A stretch of 64,000 bases of DNA from an uncultured Gemmatimonadales bacterium (lineage in GTDB: Bacteria > Gemmatimonadota > Gemmatimonadetes > Gemmatimonadales > GWC2-71-9), in the NCBI GenBank assembly GCA_963755425.1, contig CAVWJI010000002.1, positions 453,244 through 517,243 of the forward strand, in the 5' to 3' direction. Positions within the stretch are counted from its first letter, which is position 1; the number at the start of each line of letters is the position of its first letter. The notes beneath the pieces were generated by a model. The model did not search any database. It saw only the letters and a list, made by a program, of their open reading frames with translations, and was not told the DNA's origin. The position numbers and the translations under genes are program-made. Below are positions 42,889 to 53,531 of this stretch, one piece after another.

Positions 42889-43380
42889 CTACCATGTGAA
42901 CGCGACCCCGGCGGTGAGGATGGCCCGGATCGACCGCCGGACGCTCGGGTCGAGAAAGCTGCGAACACTCAATTGCGGGTGGACCCGGCCCCGGGTCAGC
43001 TCCACCGAACCCGCCACCTGATTCACCAGCCGCTGGTCGAACCCGCAATCGCTGCAGTTGTCGACCGCCAGACGCCCGGTGAGCTCCACCGCCCAGATGG
43101 CGACCGAGGATCGATAGCCCGCCCGCACGCCGTAGTCCGCATCGATCGGACGCGGAGCCGTACCCGCCACGGAGGAAGCCGAACGTCGCGCCGATGATGC
43201 CGGTGGTGAAGACGCCGCGCGCCGGCACCGCGCCGAGGCGAATCAGGCCGCGGAAGATGGTGGCCGTGGTGGACCACGCATCGAAATGATCGAAGTCGTC
43301 ACGCCGCTCGACTGCTCGATGTGCGGCATGATGTTCGGGTCCTGGTGGAAGAGGCCGGTCGCGAGTTCGATTCCTGCCAT
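42889..43380 (-). pseudogene. Possible small outer-membrane beta-barrel protein remnant, multiply frameshifted
   Basis: C-terminal ..RSIRAILTAGVAFTW followed by a stop is an OMP-type aromatic terminus, with alternating-hydrophobic strands (YGVRAGYRSSVAIWAVELTGRLAV). Upstream pieces (..DDFDHFDAWSTTATIFRGLIRLGAV..GVFTTGIIGATFGFL) are in other frames. Confidence 0.3.
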
Positions 43381-43468
43381 CGCGGCGTGATCATCGGCGA
43401 GCCAGCGCGCTGGGCGCGAACGGAAGCCACATGGCGCGGCGCATCAGAACCTCCGGGTTCTCGTCGGT

Positions 43469-44307
43469 CTATCGGGTGAGGAAGAGGACCAGCAGCAGCG
43501 TCATGATTACCAGGAGCGCCAACAGCGCGAGCCACGACCGCCGCGGGCGGACGCCGCCGGCACTGTCGGCCAGCGCGTCGCGCCTCAGGCCCGGCGCCGG
43601 GCAGCGCATCGAGCGCGCCGAGAATCGTTTCGGCACGAGCGGGCCGGTCGGCAGGGTCAGCGGCCAGCATCGACATCAGCAGCTGATCGAGTTCGGCGGG
43701 CACGCCGCGCCGGCGGCGCGACAATGGACCGGGCGGCATCCCCGCCGGCGCGCCGGTGAACATCAGCCAGACCAGCTGGGCGAGCTGGTCGAGGTCATCG
43801 CGGGCCGTGCCGTTCGAGACCAGGCCCGTACCGGAGATCCGGACCTGATCTCCCTCGATCCAGACGTATTCGGGGTCGATGGCACCGTGCGTCAGCCCGC
43901 GGCGGTGCACCGCGGCGAGGACGCGCGCCAGTTCGCGCATCACACCGATGCCATCGCGCAGTGGCAGCATGCCGGCCCAGGCCAGACCGCCCCTCCGCCC
44001 TCGGCGGGAGCGGCGGCCTCGAGCACCCAGGCCTGCCCGTCAAGTTCGCCGACAGCCAGGGGCGGGACGAGCCCGGGATGGGCGAGTCCGGTGAACGCGT
44101 CGGCGCGCTGCCGGACATCGGCCGGGCCCGGGCCGGCCGGGGGCGGCGGGTGGAGGACGAGACGCAGCCCGGCGCCCGGCAGGCGCGGTGCCCTTGGGGA
44201 GCGCGTCGAAGACGCGGCTCGGCGCCCCGGGGCTGGCGCTCGCGGCCCAGCTCGGCATGGGGTCCGAGCGCCAGCTGCAGCCGGGGGCGCAGGCCGTCGG
44301 GACTCAC
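43469..44307 (-). pseudogene. Ser/Thr-kinase-fold pseudokinase with a C-terminal membrane anchor. At least 4 frame switches as sequenced.
   Basis: Kinase-like order: LRLVLHPPP..ADVRQRADAFTGLAHPGLVPPLAVGELDGQAWVLEAAA (N-lobe); AVHRRGLTHGAIDPEYVWI in place of HRDLKPxN; VRISGTGLV in place of DFG; ..LAADPADRPARAETIL (C-lobe). It ends in the TM segment WLALLALLVIMTLLLVLFLTR, with stop TAG at 43469-43471. Confidence 0.55.
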
Positions 44308-44356
44308 GGGGAGGGCGTCATGGACCCCGTAAGTCTAACGCGAGGCGACGAACCTG

Positions 44357-45442
44357 CTACCTGTCGACCAGGTCCTTGAGCGCCGCCTGGATTCCCGGTT
44401 GGTCGAACCGGGAGAGGAGCGAGACGGCGCGGCGGCGGCGAGCCGCCGGTTCGGTCGCCGAGCGCGCGACCGCCACCAGCCACTCGCCGTTCTCCAGACC
44501 ACCGGCGCCGGCGACGGCCGACAGGACCGCGTCGCGCTGCCGATCGCTGGTGAGCTTCGGGTAGAGATCGCGCAACAGGCCCACGTCGGCGGCGCCGGCA
44601 TAGTCGTCACCCAGCCCCTGAATGGCGGTCACCATCTGATCGTCAGAGAGCGTGCCGCTCTGCAGCGCCTGGCGGGTGAACTGCCGCGCCCGCGGATCGC
44701 CCGACCGGGTCACGATGCCGAACGCGCGATCCGCCAACCAGCCGTCGCTGTCCCTGGTCAGCGTGAAGAGCCGCACCACACCCGCGCCGCGGTCCATCCC
44801 CGCCAGCGTACTGAGCGCCTGCGAGCGCATCGTCTCGCTCTCGTCGCGGTCGCGAGCGAGCTGACCGAGCGTTGTGGTCACGCGCGCCTCGCCGACACCG
44901 CCCGACTCGCCGGCGCGGTCGGCCAGCCAGTCGACGGCACTGCGGCGCACGTCCCGCTGGGCACGGCGGTCGGTGGCGATCCGGAGCAACGCGGGCGTCA
45001 CCACGGCGCTGTCGGCCAGCATCGCCGGCATCAGCGCCTCGCGCGCGGGCCGTCCGTCGAGCGAGGACGCCAGGCCGAGAAGGTATTGCGCGGCGTCCGC
45101 CGCCGGAACGGCGCCGAGGTCGGCGGCGCTGCTGTCGTGTGCCAGTGGTCCGGCGAACGCCGCGATGCCGACGATGGCCTTGCCGTCGCGCTGCAACTCG
45201 ACGCGCACCGGCCCGGTATCACAGCCGGCGCTCTGCCCGAATCCGTTGTCGATGTAGAAGCCGCCGCCGTTCGACGCCCGCAACATCCCGCGGCCGTCAC
45301 CGCACACGCCGGGGCGGGCGGCGTAGTGGAACGCCACCATGGCCGCCGACGATGCGGCGACGCGGGACGACACGTTCTGCGCCGGCAGCCCGGCCGCGAA
45401 CAGCGAAGCGGCGGCCGCAACACTCCAGGGCGCGCGGCTCAT
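44357..45442 (-). CDS. Exported HEAT-repeat protein
   Basis: Intact 361-aa ORF. Signal peptide MSRAPWSVAAAASLFAAGLPAQ. Repeated ..R..A...L..... helical pairs (RRSAVDWLADRAG, RSQALSTLAGM, RDAVLSAVAGAG, RRRAVSLLSRF). The ATG overlaps the upstream stop (ATGA). Confidence 0.65.
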   Translation of the reverse strand: MSRAPWSVAAAASLFAAGLPAQNVSSRVAASSAAMVAFHYAARPGVCGDGRGMLRASNGGGFYIDNGFGQSAGCDTGPVRVELQRDGKAIVGIAAFAGPLAHDSSAADLGAVPAADAAQYLLGLASSLDGRPAREALMPAMLADSAVVTPALLRIATDRRAQRDVRRSAVDWLADRAGESGGVGEARVTTTLGQLARDRDESETMRSQALSTLAGMDRGAGVVRLFTLTRDSDGWLADRAFGIVTRSGDPRARQFTRQALQSGTLSDDQMVTAIQGLGDDYAGAADVGLLRDLYPKLTSDRQRDAVLSAVAGAGGLENGEWLVAVARSATEPAARRRRAVSLLSRFDQPGIQAALKDLVDR

Positions 45443-47269
45443 CGGTCGATCAGGTCGAGAAGCAGCTTCTGCGCGCGCGGATCCTTGCTCCGTGCCAGCG
45501 CCGCGATCGCATTGCGGCGCATCGACGGATCGGTGCCGTTCTTCGCGATGTCAATCAACTTGCCGACGGCCGCGGAGTCACTCCGCTGCGCGAGCAGTTC
45601 CACGACCTGCTCGCGGATCGGCCCTTCGGACGACTGGTCGTAGAGTTGCGAGAGCGAGGCCACATCCATGGTGCGTCCGGCGACGCGCAGCGCGTCGCTG
45701 CGCAGCTCGAGCGATTCGTTGGCGTTGCGCATCACGGACAGCAACCACTGGCTGTTTGCCGACTGCCCGCCGCGCCCCAGTTCTTCCAGGATCATCCGCT
45801 TGACGTCGCGGTCCGTGGTCCGGGCATAGAGCCCTTCCAGCCAGGTCGCGTCGTCAGCCGAGAGATCCCGGCGACTGAACGACATCAACGCCGCCTGCTG
45901 CACCGACGCATCGGCCGACTTGTCGTCGAGCAGGTGCCGGATGGCGTCGCGGGCCCGCGGATCGTCGCTCTGCCCCAGTGCCATGGCGGCGTTGCGCTGG
46001 ATGGTCCGGTCGGTGTCGGTGGTGGCGAGGTCGATGATGGCGCGGAGCGCGGCATCGCCATGGAGCCGTACCAACCACTGCATCGCGGCGCTGCGCACGC
46101 CGGGCGATGGATCGCTGCGCGCCACCGAGATCAGCGTGGCAGTCACGGCGGTGTCGCGCGAGTTGCCGAGCAGCATCACGGCGTTCTGGCGCAGCGGCTC
46201 GGAGCACTTGTCGCGCTTGGCGAGCAGCTTCGTGGCCATGTCGCGGCCGGCGGCGGGATCGGATTCCATCAGCGCACTCAGTGCCTCGACGCGCACCGAC
46301 TGGTCGTCGGGATCGCACTCGTTGCCGCCGGCCGCCAGCGCCCGCTTGACAGCGGGGTCGTCGGCCAGGCCGCGCTGCGCCAGCACGTTGGCGATTCTTG
46401 CCGCGAGCCCCGCGGCGTCGATCCGCCGCGACGGCCAGGTACTGAATGCGGTATTGACCGACCACAGCCGCGATTGCAGCGCGGCCACGTTGACCGCCGT
46501 GGCCACATCCGCGTTCGATTGCCGTGCCGCCGCACGAGCGACGGCATCGTTGGCGCGCGCCACGGCGGCATCATTCCGTGAAGCGGTGCGTTCGGCGTCC
46601 AGCAGCTGCCGCTCCTGGGCGCGCGCGCTGTCGCGCGCCGCCACCATCTCGGCCGGGGGACTCCGCTGCCCGCGGGCCGTCGCCCCGCTGTCCGGCTGCC
46701 GCGCCTGGAGCGCCGCCAGCACCGTCAGCGCTTCCTGCAGCTCCGGCGTGCCGCCGATGCGGTAGAGCGAGAATGCCTCCCAGTACTGCGAGTCCGGAGC
46801 ATAGGCGGATTTCGGATACCGGTCGGCAATCGTCTTGAACAGGTCGGCCGCCTTGCGATAGTCGCCCTTGTTGAGCTGTTGCCGTGCGGCGCGATAGAGC
46901 GAGTCGGCCGGATCTCCGGGCGCCCACGCCGCCGGCACATCGGCCGACTCGGCGCCGTCGAACCAGCCGATGTTCGAGAGCGGCGCCAGCGGCACGTCCG
47001 CCAGGCTGCTCAGGTCGAGATTCTCCGCCAGGTTCAGGTCGAGATCGGCGTTCGACCAATCCTGAACGCTGCTCGACGTCAGGGCCTCCGGAGACCAGCT
47101 CCAGTTCGCACCCGGTTGGGACGTCCACGCACTGAACGGGAACGGCGCCGGTGGCGGTGGCGTCGGAGTGGGAGTCGACAGGCGGCGGCGGCGGCGCGGG
47201 CCGCGCCGGCACCTGGGCCGCCAGCGGGAGGGCGGCGACCGAAAGAGCGAACAGAGTGGCACGCAGCAT
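45439..47269 (-). pseudogene. Exported TPR/BamD-like plus HEAT-repeat protein, with one frame switch as sequenced
   Basis: Signal peptide MLRATLFALSVAALPLAAQ (ORF 46571..47269). YRAARQQLNKGDYRKAADLFKTIADRYPKSAYAPDSQYWEAFSLY is TPR/YfiO-like. Multiple HEAT-like units follow (VRVEALSALMES, LRQNAVMLLGN, VRSAAMQWLV, IQRNAAMALGQ, MRRNAIAALARS). The switch is near 47145. Confidence 0.65.
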
Positions 47270-47280
47270 GGCGGTAATCC

Positions 47281-47898
47281 TCAGAAGTCGTTGTTGACAG
47301 CGTACGTTGCGGCCGCCGAGCGGATCCGGGGCACGAGATCGTGCTCGGCAAGCGCCGCATGGATCAGTTGCAGGTCGTCGGTCCGGTGCGCGGGCTCGAG
47401 GCGGGCCACCTGCGCCAGCACCAGCTCGAGGTCGTCGAGCAGCGCGCGCATCCGTGCGTCGGACGCCACCGGCGAGTCAAGCAAGAGCCGGGTCCGGGTG
47501 AGGAGATTCTCGCTCTCCAGCGCCAGTTCCGGCCCGAGCGTGGTGGTGGTGTCGCCGGGAAGCTCCGCCAGCAGCACCGCGGTCCGGCCGAGGAGATCCC
47601 CCATGGCGCGGTGATTGGGGTCGCCGGCCGTGGCGGCGGGCGGCGCGGTCACAGCGATATTGCTCATGGACTTGGCCGGCGCGGGTTGCGACCAGTAATG
47701 ACCTGCGGCGAGGCCGACCGCAAGCGCCGCCGCCGCCGCGATGCCGACCATCGACCAGCCGGGGCGGCGCGCGCCACGCCGTGCCACCGTTTCGGCCTCG
47801 ACCCGTTCCCAGATCTCGCCGAGCGGCGGCTCCGGATCCACCCGCCACGAATGGCGCGCGTCGTCGAGCAGTACGTCGAGCTCCTGGTCGTCAATCAT
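47281..47898 (-). CDS. Membrane-spanning anti-sigma factor (putative)
   Basis: It overlaps the sigma-factor gene end by 8 nt. It has a short cytoplasmic N-domain, a single TM segment (WSMVGIAAAAALAVGLAAGHYW) and a periplasmic helical tail. The call rests mainly on position downstream of the ECF sigma gene. Confidence 0.6.
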   Translation of the reverse strand: MIDDQELDVLLDDARHSWRVDPEPPLGEIWERVEAETVARRGARRPGWSMVGIAAAAALAVGLAAGHYWSQPAPAKSMSNIAVTAPPAATAGDPNHRAMGDLLGRTAVLLAELPGDTTTTLGPELALESENLLTRTRLLLDSPVASDARMRALLDDLELVLAQVARLEPAHRTDDLQLIHAALAEHDLVPRIRSAAATYAVNNDF

Positions 47899-48523
47899 TC
47901 CGCCTCGCCTCCTCGCTTCCCGCCCCGCCGGGCGGTCCTGCGTCGTGGTCGCCGAGCGCCTTGCGCAGTCGCGCGCGGGCCTCGAATTCCCGGCTCTTGC
48001 TGGTGCCTTCGGCGATCCCGAGCGCTGTCGCCACTTCCGCGTGGGTGTACCCCTCGAGCGAATGCATCACCAGCACGATCCGCAACTCGTCGGGCAGCGC
48101 CTCGATGGCATTCGCCAGCGCCTGCCGCATCACCGGATCGATCCCCGCTCCAGCCGCCTCGTCGTGGCGCGGCTCCCACGGCACCTCGCGTTCCCTGAGC
48201 CGCTTGACCTTGCGCAGACCGTTGAGACAGGTCGTGACGGTCACGCGGTGGAGCCAGGTGGTGAACGCCGATTCGCCGCGAAAACGGTCGAGCCGGCCGA
48301 ACACCCGCACGAAGACGTCCTGCGTCAGGTCCGACGCCAGCTCCCGGTCGCCGCACATCCGGTACGCCAGGCGGAAGACCCGCGGGGCGTGCGTGTCGTA
48401 CAGCGCCCGGGTCGCCTGCCGGTCCCCGGCCACCGCCCGGGCGATCAGCGCGCGTTCGCCGCCGTCGGCGATCGGTACCGTCAGGATCTCCGCATTCACC
48501 ATCTTCGTGATACCATTGGACAC
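47891..48523 (-). CDS. ECF-type RNA polymerase sigma factor (sigma-70 family, group 4)
   Basis: Region 2 DLTQDVFVRVF..FRGESAFTTWLHRV. Region 4 ALPDELRIVLVMHSLEGYTHAEVATALGIAEGTSKS. Confidence 0.88.
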   Translation of the reverse strand: MSNGITKMVNAEILTVPIADGGERALIARAVAGDRQATRALYDTHAPRVFRLAYRMCGDRELASDLTQDVFVRVFGRLDRFRGESAFTTWLHRVTVTTCLNGLRKVKRLREREVPWEPRHDEAAGAGIDPVMRQALANAIEALPDELRIVLVMHSLEGYTHAEVATALGIAEGTSKSREFEARARLRKALGDHDAGPPGGAGSEEARRND

Positions 48524-48629
48524 CTCTGGTTCGGCGACGGTTCGGCTTGCGGACCGTTATCAGGCCGGCCGGCATTCGCGGACCCCATCGATCGGGCTTG
48601 TGGCCAGACACTCACGCAGGACGCGCAGG

Positions 48630-50294
48630 GTGGGCGATGCTCCGGCCACGGCGGCCGAGGCGACGGCAACGCCGTCGCAGCCACCGCTGCCGCCCGCGCC
48701 GGCCGTCACCCGCCTGCGGGAAGTGGATGTCCTGGCGGTCCTCGCGGTCGCGCTGCTGGTCTGGTACACCTGGCTGGCCCGCAACGCCCTCAACCCCGAT
48801 GGCGTGTCGTATCTCGACCTCGCCGCGGCCCTCCGCCGTGGTGATCTTGCGGCATTCGTGCAGGGCTACTGGTCGCCGCTCTATTCCCTGCTCATTGCGG
48901 CGGCCGGTGCCGTCGCCCACGCCGGCCGCACCGGGCTGGTCGCCATCGCCCACATCATCAACGGCGCCGCCACCTTCGCGGCCCTGGCGATCGTCTGGTG
49001 GTGGGGAAGGCGTTACCCCGGTCCCTACGCGGGCCGGGCGCTGATCGCCGCGTTTCTCCTGGCCAGCGCGGGGCTCCCCCGCATCGAGGCGGTCACACCC
49101 GATCTGTTGCTGTTCGCCGCGATCATCGCCATCGGCTACGAGCTGCTGGTGCATTGTGGCGAGCGCTGGCTGCTCCTCGGAGTCCTCTTCGGCGCGGCAT
49201 TCGCCATCAAGACGAGTACGTGGCCGTGGCTGCTGGTCGCGGTCCCGATCCGCTGGCTGGCATGGCCGGCCGGGCGCCGCCACGGCTGGCGTTCGACGGC
49301 GGTCGGCGCCGCGCTGGCGTTGTGCTGGATCGTGCCGATGTCGCTCAAGTATCATCGGCCCACGGTCGGGTCGGCGGCCCGCCTCAACTATTGCTGGTAT
49401 CTCGATCGCTGCGACACCCGAAGCCCCGACACGCATACCGGCAGGCACCAGGACTACCGCACCGTCACGGTGAGCGACACGCTGCAGCTTACCTGGGTGG
49501 CGTACGACACCACAGCGCACTGGACGTATCCCCCCTGGTCCGACCCCACGGCCTGGAACGCCGGCGTGATCTCGCAACACCAGGCCGTGCCGTGCGTGGC
49601 CTGCCACGTGACCTACTGGTTCGACGAAGCGGGGTACGTGTTCGGCCTCTGGCTCCTGCCGCTGTTGGCCGGCGTGCTGGCACCGTTGGCGCTGATCGCC
49701 CGGCGCCGCGGCATGTGGCACGAATTGCATACCCAGGCCCGCGATGCCGGCGGCGTCATGCTGCTCGGCCTGATCGGACTGCTGCAGTTCGTGGCGGTGC
49801 ACGCCGAGCCACGCCTGATTGCGCCGTTCGGGATGCTGCTGGCGGTCGGCGCCGTCGACTGGCTGGCGCGCCGCTGGACCGTCGCACCGCTGCCGCACGG
49901 CCGGCTCCCGATGTTGCTCTCGCTGCTGGGACTTGGCGCCGCGATCGGTTTCGGCATTCCCCGGATCCGTGAAGGCCTCCGATCGAGCGCCCGGATCGCC
50001 ACCGTTGCAGCGGACATTCAGGGCACCGCGCGCCGCCTGCAGGATCGCGGCTTCGACACCCGGCGGATCGTGGTGATCGGCCCGGTCCTTCCCGTCGAGC
50101 CGAGCATCTACATCGCCGGCGCCGAGGTAGTCGCCCAGGTACCGCCGCAATCGGCAATCGTGCTCGGCCGGCTCGGCCCGCAAGCCGAAGCGCAGATCGT
50201 GTCCCGGCTTTTCGGCGGCGAAGCGGCGGTGGCGTGGCTCACCCGCGACAACGGCGCGGTCACCATCGCGATCATCCCGCCACCCCCGCCATGA
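48630..50294 (+). CDS. Polytopic membrane protein, GT-C-fold (ArnT/PMT-like) glycosyltransferase guess
   Basis: Intact frame from the GTG at 48630, with at least 10 hydrophobic spans. The N-terminal ..[20 protein letters not shown].. resembles GT-C first-loop regions. It is divergent from the ECF sigma gene. Confidence 0.5.
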   Translation: MGDAPATAAEATATPSQPPLPPAPAVTRLREVDVLAVLAVALLVWYTWLARNALNPDGVSYLDLAAALRRGDLAAFVQGYWSPLYSLLIAAAGAVAHAGRTGLVAIAHIINGAATFAALAIVWWWGRRYPGPYAGRALIAAFLLASAGLPRIEAVTPDLLLFAAIIAIGYELLVHCGERWLLLGVLFGAAFAIKTSTWPWLLVAVPIRWLAWPAGRRHGWRSTAVGAALALCWIVPMSLKYHRPTVGSAARLNYCWYLDRCDTRSPDTHTGRHQDYRTVTVSDTLQLTWVAYDTTAHWTYPPWSDPTAWNAGVISQHQAVPCVACHVTYWFDEAGYVFGLWLLPLLAGVLAPLALIARRRGMWHELHTQARDAGGVMLLGLIGLLQFVAVHAEPRLIAPFGMLLAVGAVDWLARRWTVAPLPHGRLPMLLSLLGLGAAIGFGIPRIREGLRSSARIATVAADIQGTARRLQDRGFDTRRIVVIGPVLPVEPSIYIAGAEVVAQVPPQSAIVLGRLGPQAEAQIVSRLFGGEAAVAWLTRDNGAVTIAIIPPPPP

Positions 50295-50388
50295 CCGCCG
50301 CGGGACGTGTTTCGACCCGTGGCGGAACGATTATCTTCCCGCGGAGTGCCCTCGCCGGACCCGTTTCACCCCTCACCGTGCGAATCCC

Positions 50389-52383
50389 GTGACTGCTGCC
50401 CGACGCGATGCCCCGATCGACACCCCTGCCGCCTGGCAGACCATCAATTCGATCCGCGTCCTCGCCATGGATGCGGTCGAGGCGGCACAATCCGGGCATC
50501 CCGGCACGCCGATGGCGCTTGCCCCCGCCGGCTATGTCCTCTGGCGCCGTCATCTCAAGTTCGCGCCGCACCACCCCGACTGGCCCGACCGCGACCGATT
50601 CGTGCTCTCGTGCGGACACGCGTCACTGCTCCTGTACTCGCTGCTGCATCTCTCGGGTTACGATCTGCCGCTCGATGAGATCAAGCAGTTCCGCCAGTGG
50701 GATTCGAAGACGCCGGGGCACCCCGAGCGGGGCCGCACGCCGGGAGTCGAGATTACCACCGGTCCGCTCGGCCAGGGCATGGGCAACGCCGTCGGCATGG
50801 CGATCGCGGAGCGGATTCTGGCACGGCAGTTCAACAGCCCCGATCACACGATTGTCGACCACCGCACCTGGGTGTTCGCCTCCGACGGCGACATGATGGA
50901 AGGCGTCGGGAGCGAGGCGGCTTCGCTCGCGGGGCACCTCAAGCTCGGCAAGCTGACGGTCCTGTACGACGACAATCACATCACCATCGAAGGGCACACC
51001 CCGCTGGCGTTCAGCGACGACGTCGAGATGCGGTTCCGCGCCTACGGCTGGCGGACGCTGCATGTCGACGACGGCAACAATCTCGGACTGCTCGACGCGG
51101 CATTGGCCGACGCCGCCTCGCAGAGCGATCGCCCGACGCTGATCCGGGTGCACACCCTCATCGGCGATCCCGCGCCGACCAAGAAGGACACTCCCGAAGC
51201 ACACGGCGCGCCGCTGGGCACGGACGAGGTGGCCCGCACGAAGGCCATCCTCCACTGGCCGACGGATCCGTTTCACGTCGCCCCGGAGGCGTACCAGGAA
51301 ATGGAGCCGCTGGCCGAGCGCGGCGACCAGCTGGTGGCCGCATGGGAGAAGCGTCTCGACGGCCATCCCGATGCCGGGCGCTTCCGGGCACAGCTCGCGG
51401 GTGAGCTGCCTCCCGGCTGGGATGCGACGCTGCCGGATCTGGCGGGCAAGTCGCTGGCCACGCGAAAGGCGTCGTACCAGGCGCTCGAGGCGCTGGCCCG
51501 CCAGCTGCCGGCGCTCGCGGGCGGATCGGCCGATCTTGGCGGCAGCAACGGCACCAACATCACTGTCGGAGAAGTCTTCGAAGACGACACGGTCGGCACG
51601 CGTTTCCACTGGGGCGTGCGCGAGCACGGCATGGTCGCGGCGTTGAACGGCCTGGCGGCACACGGCGGCGTGCGCCCCTACGGCGCCACGTTCCTTGCGT
51701 TCCTCGACTACTGCAAACCGTCGGTCCGCCTGGGCGCCCTGATGGAGCTGCCGACGATCGTGATCTTCTCGCATGATTCGATCGGCCTCGGCGAAGACGG
51801 CCCCACGCACCAGCCGATCGAACAGCTGGCGATGCTTCGCTCCATTCCCGGGATGACGATGTTCCGTCCCGCCGACGCGGCCGAAACGGTCGAATCGTGG
51901 CGCACCATCATCGAGCACCGCGACGGACCGTGCACATTGATTCTCACGCGCCAGACGCTGCCGGCCCTGAGCCGTGCAGCCGACCCGGTGACGAACGTCG
52001 CCAAGGGGGCGTACATTCTGCGGGAGCCGGCGACGGCAGCGCGCGCCCTGGTGATCGCCACCGGCTCCGAAGTGCAGATCGCGGTGCGTGCCGCCGAAAT
52101 GCTCGACGGACAGGGCGTTGCGACCCGGGTGGTGTCGATGCCATCGTGGGAGCGGTTCGAGGCGCAGGACCAGGCGTGGCGGGACCGGGTCCTGCCGCCT
52201 GACATCACCGCGCGTGTCTCGATCGAAGCCGCCAGCACCTTCGGGTGGTGCCGCTGGCTCGGCGATCGCGGAATTGCCATCGGGCTCGACCATTTCGGCG
52301 CTTCGGCTCCCGGCGAGGTGCTGTTCGACAAGTACGGCCTGACCGCCGACCGCGTGGTGCAGGCCGTGCGCTCGCACCTCTGA
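50389..52383 (+). CDS. tkt: Transketolase
   Basis: Intact 664 aa. Motifs [21 protein letters not shown] (TPP motif) and [17 protein letters not shown]. Confidence 0.95.
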   Translation: MTAARRDAPIDTPAAWQTINSIRVLAMDAVEAAQSGHPGTPMALAPAGYVLWRRHLKFAPHHPDWPDRDRFVLSCGHASLLLYSLLHLSGYDLPLDEIKQFRQWDSKTPGHPERGRTPGVEITTGPLGQGMGNAVGMAIAERILARQFNSPDHTIVDHRTWVFASDGDMMEGVGSEAASLAGHLKLGKLTVLYDDNHITIEGHTPLAFSDDVEMRFRAYGWRTLHVDDGNNLGLLDAALADAASQSDRPTLIRVHTLIGDPAPTKKDTPEAHGAPLGTDEVARTKAILHWPTDPFHVAPEAYQEMEPLAERGDQLVAAWEKRLDGHPDAGRFRAQLAGELPPGWDATLPDLAGKSLATRKASYQALEALARQLPALAGGSADLGGSNGTNITVGEVFEDDTVGTRFHWGVREHGMVAALNGLAAHGGVRPYGATFLAFLDYCKPSVRLGALMELPTIVIFSHDSIGLGEDGPTHQPIEQLAMLRSIPGMTMFRPADAAETVESWRTIIEHRDGPCTLILTRQTLPALSRAADPVTNVAKGAYILREPATAARALVIATGSEVQIAVRAAEMLDGQGVATRVVSMPSWERFEAQDQAWRDRVLPPDITARVSIEAASTFGWCRWLGDRGIAIGLDHFGASAPGEVLFDKYGLTADRVVQAVRSHL

Positions 52384-52395
52384 CCGGAGACGCCG

Positions 52396-53505
52396 ATGAG
52401 CCAACCGATCGTCCAGCTCGGCAACCTCGGCCAGAGTGTCTGGTACGACTTCATCACCCGCGACCTGATCCGCTCCGGTGAACTCGCCCGGCTGGTGCGC
52501 GACGAAGGGCTGCGGGGGATGACGTCGAATCCCACCATCTTCGAGAAGGCGGTGGCGGGGAGCAGCGATTACGACGAGGACATCCGGCGCCTCGCGGGCG
52601 AGGGCGCCAAGGCCCCGGAGGTCGTCGAGGCGCTGATGACGGCCGACGTGCGCGCCGCGTGCGACGTCTTCCGGCCGGTCTACGACGCAAACACCAATGG
52701 CGACGGCGCGGTGTCGATCGAGGTGCCACCGGGTCTGGCGTACGACACCGACGCCACCATCGAGGCGGCACACCGCCTCTGGGAGCTGGTCGACCGTCCC
52801 AACCTGATGGTCAAGATCCCCGGCACGATGCCCGGGCTCGCCGCCATCACCCGCTGCCTGGCCGACGGCCTCAACATCAACATCACCCTGCTCTTTGCGG
52901 TGGAGCGCTACAAACAGGTCATCGAGGCGTTCACGACGGCGCTCGAAGCCCGGGCCGCGAAGAATCGTCCCATCGACCGGATCTTCTCGGTGGCGTCGTT
53001 CTTCGTCTCCCGCGTCGACGGGCAGACCGATCCGCACATCGAGAAGGCCGGCGACGCCGGCAAGCACCTGCTGCACCAGATGGCGATTGCCAACGCCCGC
53101 CAGGCGTACGCCACGTTCGAGGCGTCGCTGCGCACGCCGCGCTGGGCGGAACTCACCGAAAAGGGCGCCCGGGCACAGCGCCCGCTGTGGGCGTCGACCA
53201 GCACCAAGGATCCCACCCTCTCCGACATCTACTACGTCGAGGCGCTGGTGGCGCCACAGACGGTGAACACCATTCCTCCGCAGACGTTCGACGCTTACGC
53301 CGATCACGGCCGGCCGGACGTGCGAATCACCGCCGATACCGAGGCCGAGGCCGCGCAGCAGCTGGCGGACTACGAGGGGCTCGGCGCCGGGTCGCTGGCC
53401 GATGTCACCGCGTTTCTCGAAAAGGACGGCGTCAAGAAGTTCTCGGACAGCTGGCAGCAACTGCTGCACCAGGTACAAGAGAAGGCGCGCGCGCTGACCG
53501 CCTGA
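52396..53505 (+). CDS. tal: Transaldolase (long form)
   Basis: Intact 369 aa. Motifs GMTSNPTIFEKA and MVKIPGT (Schiff-base Lys region). Confidence 0.92.
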   Translation: MSQPIVQLGNLGQSVWYDFITRDLIRSGELARLVRDEGLRGMTSNPTIFEKAVAGSSDYDEDIRRLAGEGAKAPEVVEALMTADVRAACDVFRPVYDANTNGDGAVSIEVPPGLAYDTDATIEAAHRLWELVDRPNLMVKIPGTMPGLAAITRCLADGLNINITLLFAVERYKQVIEAFTTALEARAAKNRPIDRIFSVASFFVSRVDGQTDPHIEKAGDAGKHLLHQMAIANARQAYATFEASLRTPRWAELTEKGARAQRPLWASTSTKDPTLSDIYYVEALVAPQTVNTIPPQTFDAYADHGRPDVRITADTEAEAAQQLADYEGLGAGSLADVTAFLEKDGVKKFSDSWQQLLHQVQEKARALTA

Positions 53506-53531
53506 GTCGTCCCGACATTCGAGGAGTCCGC

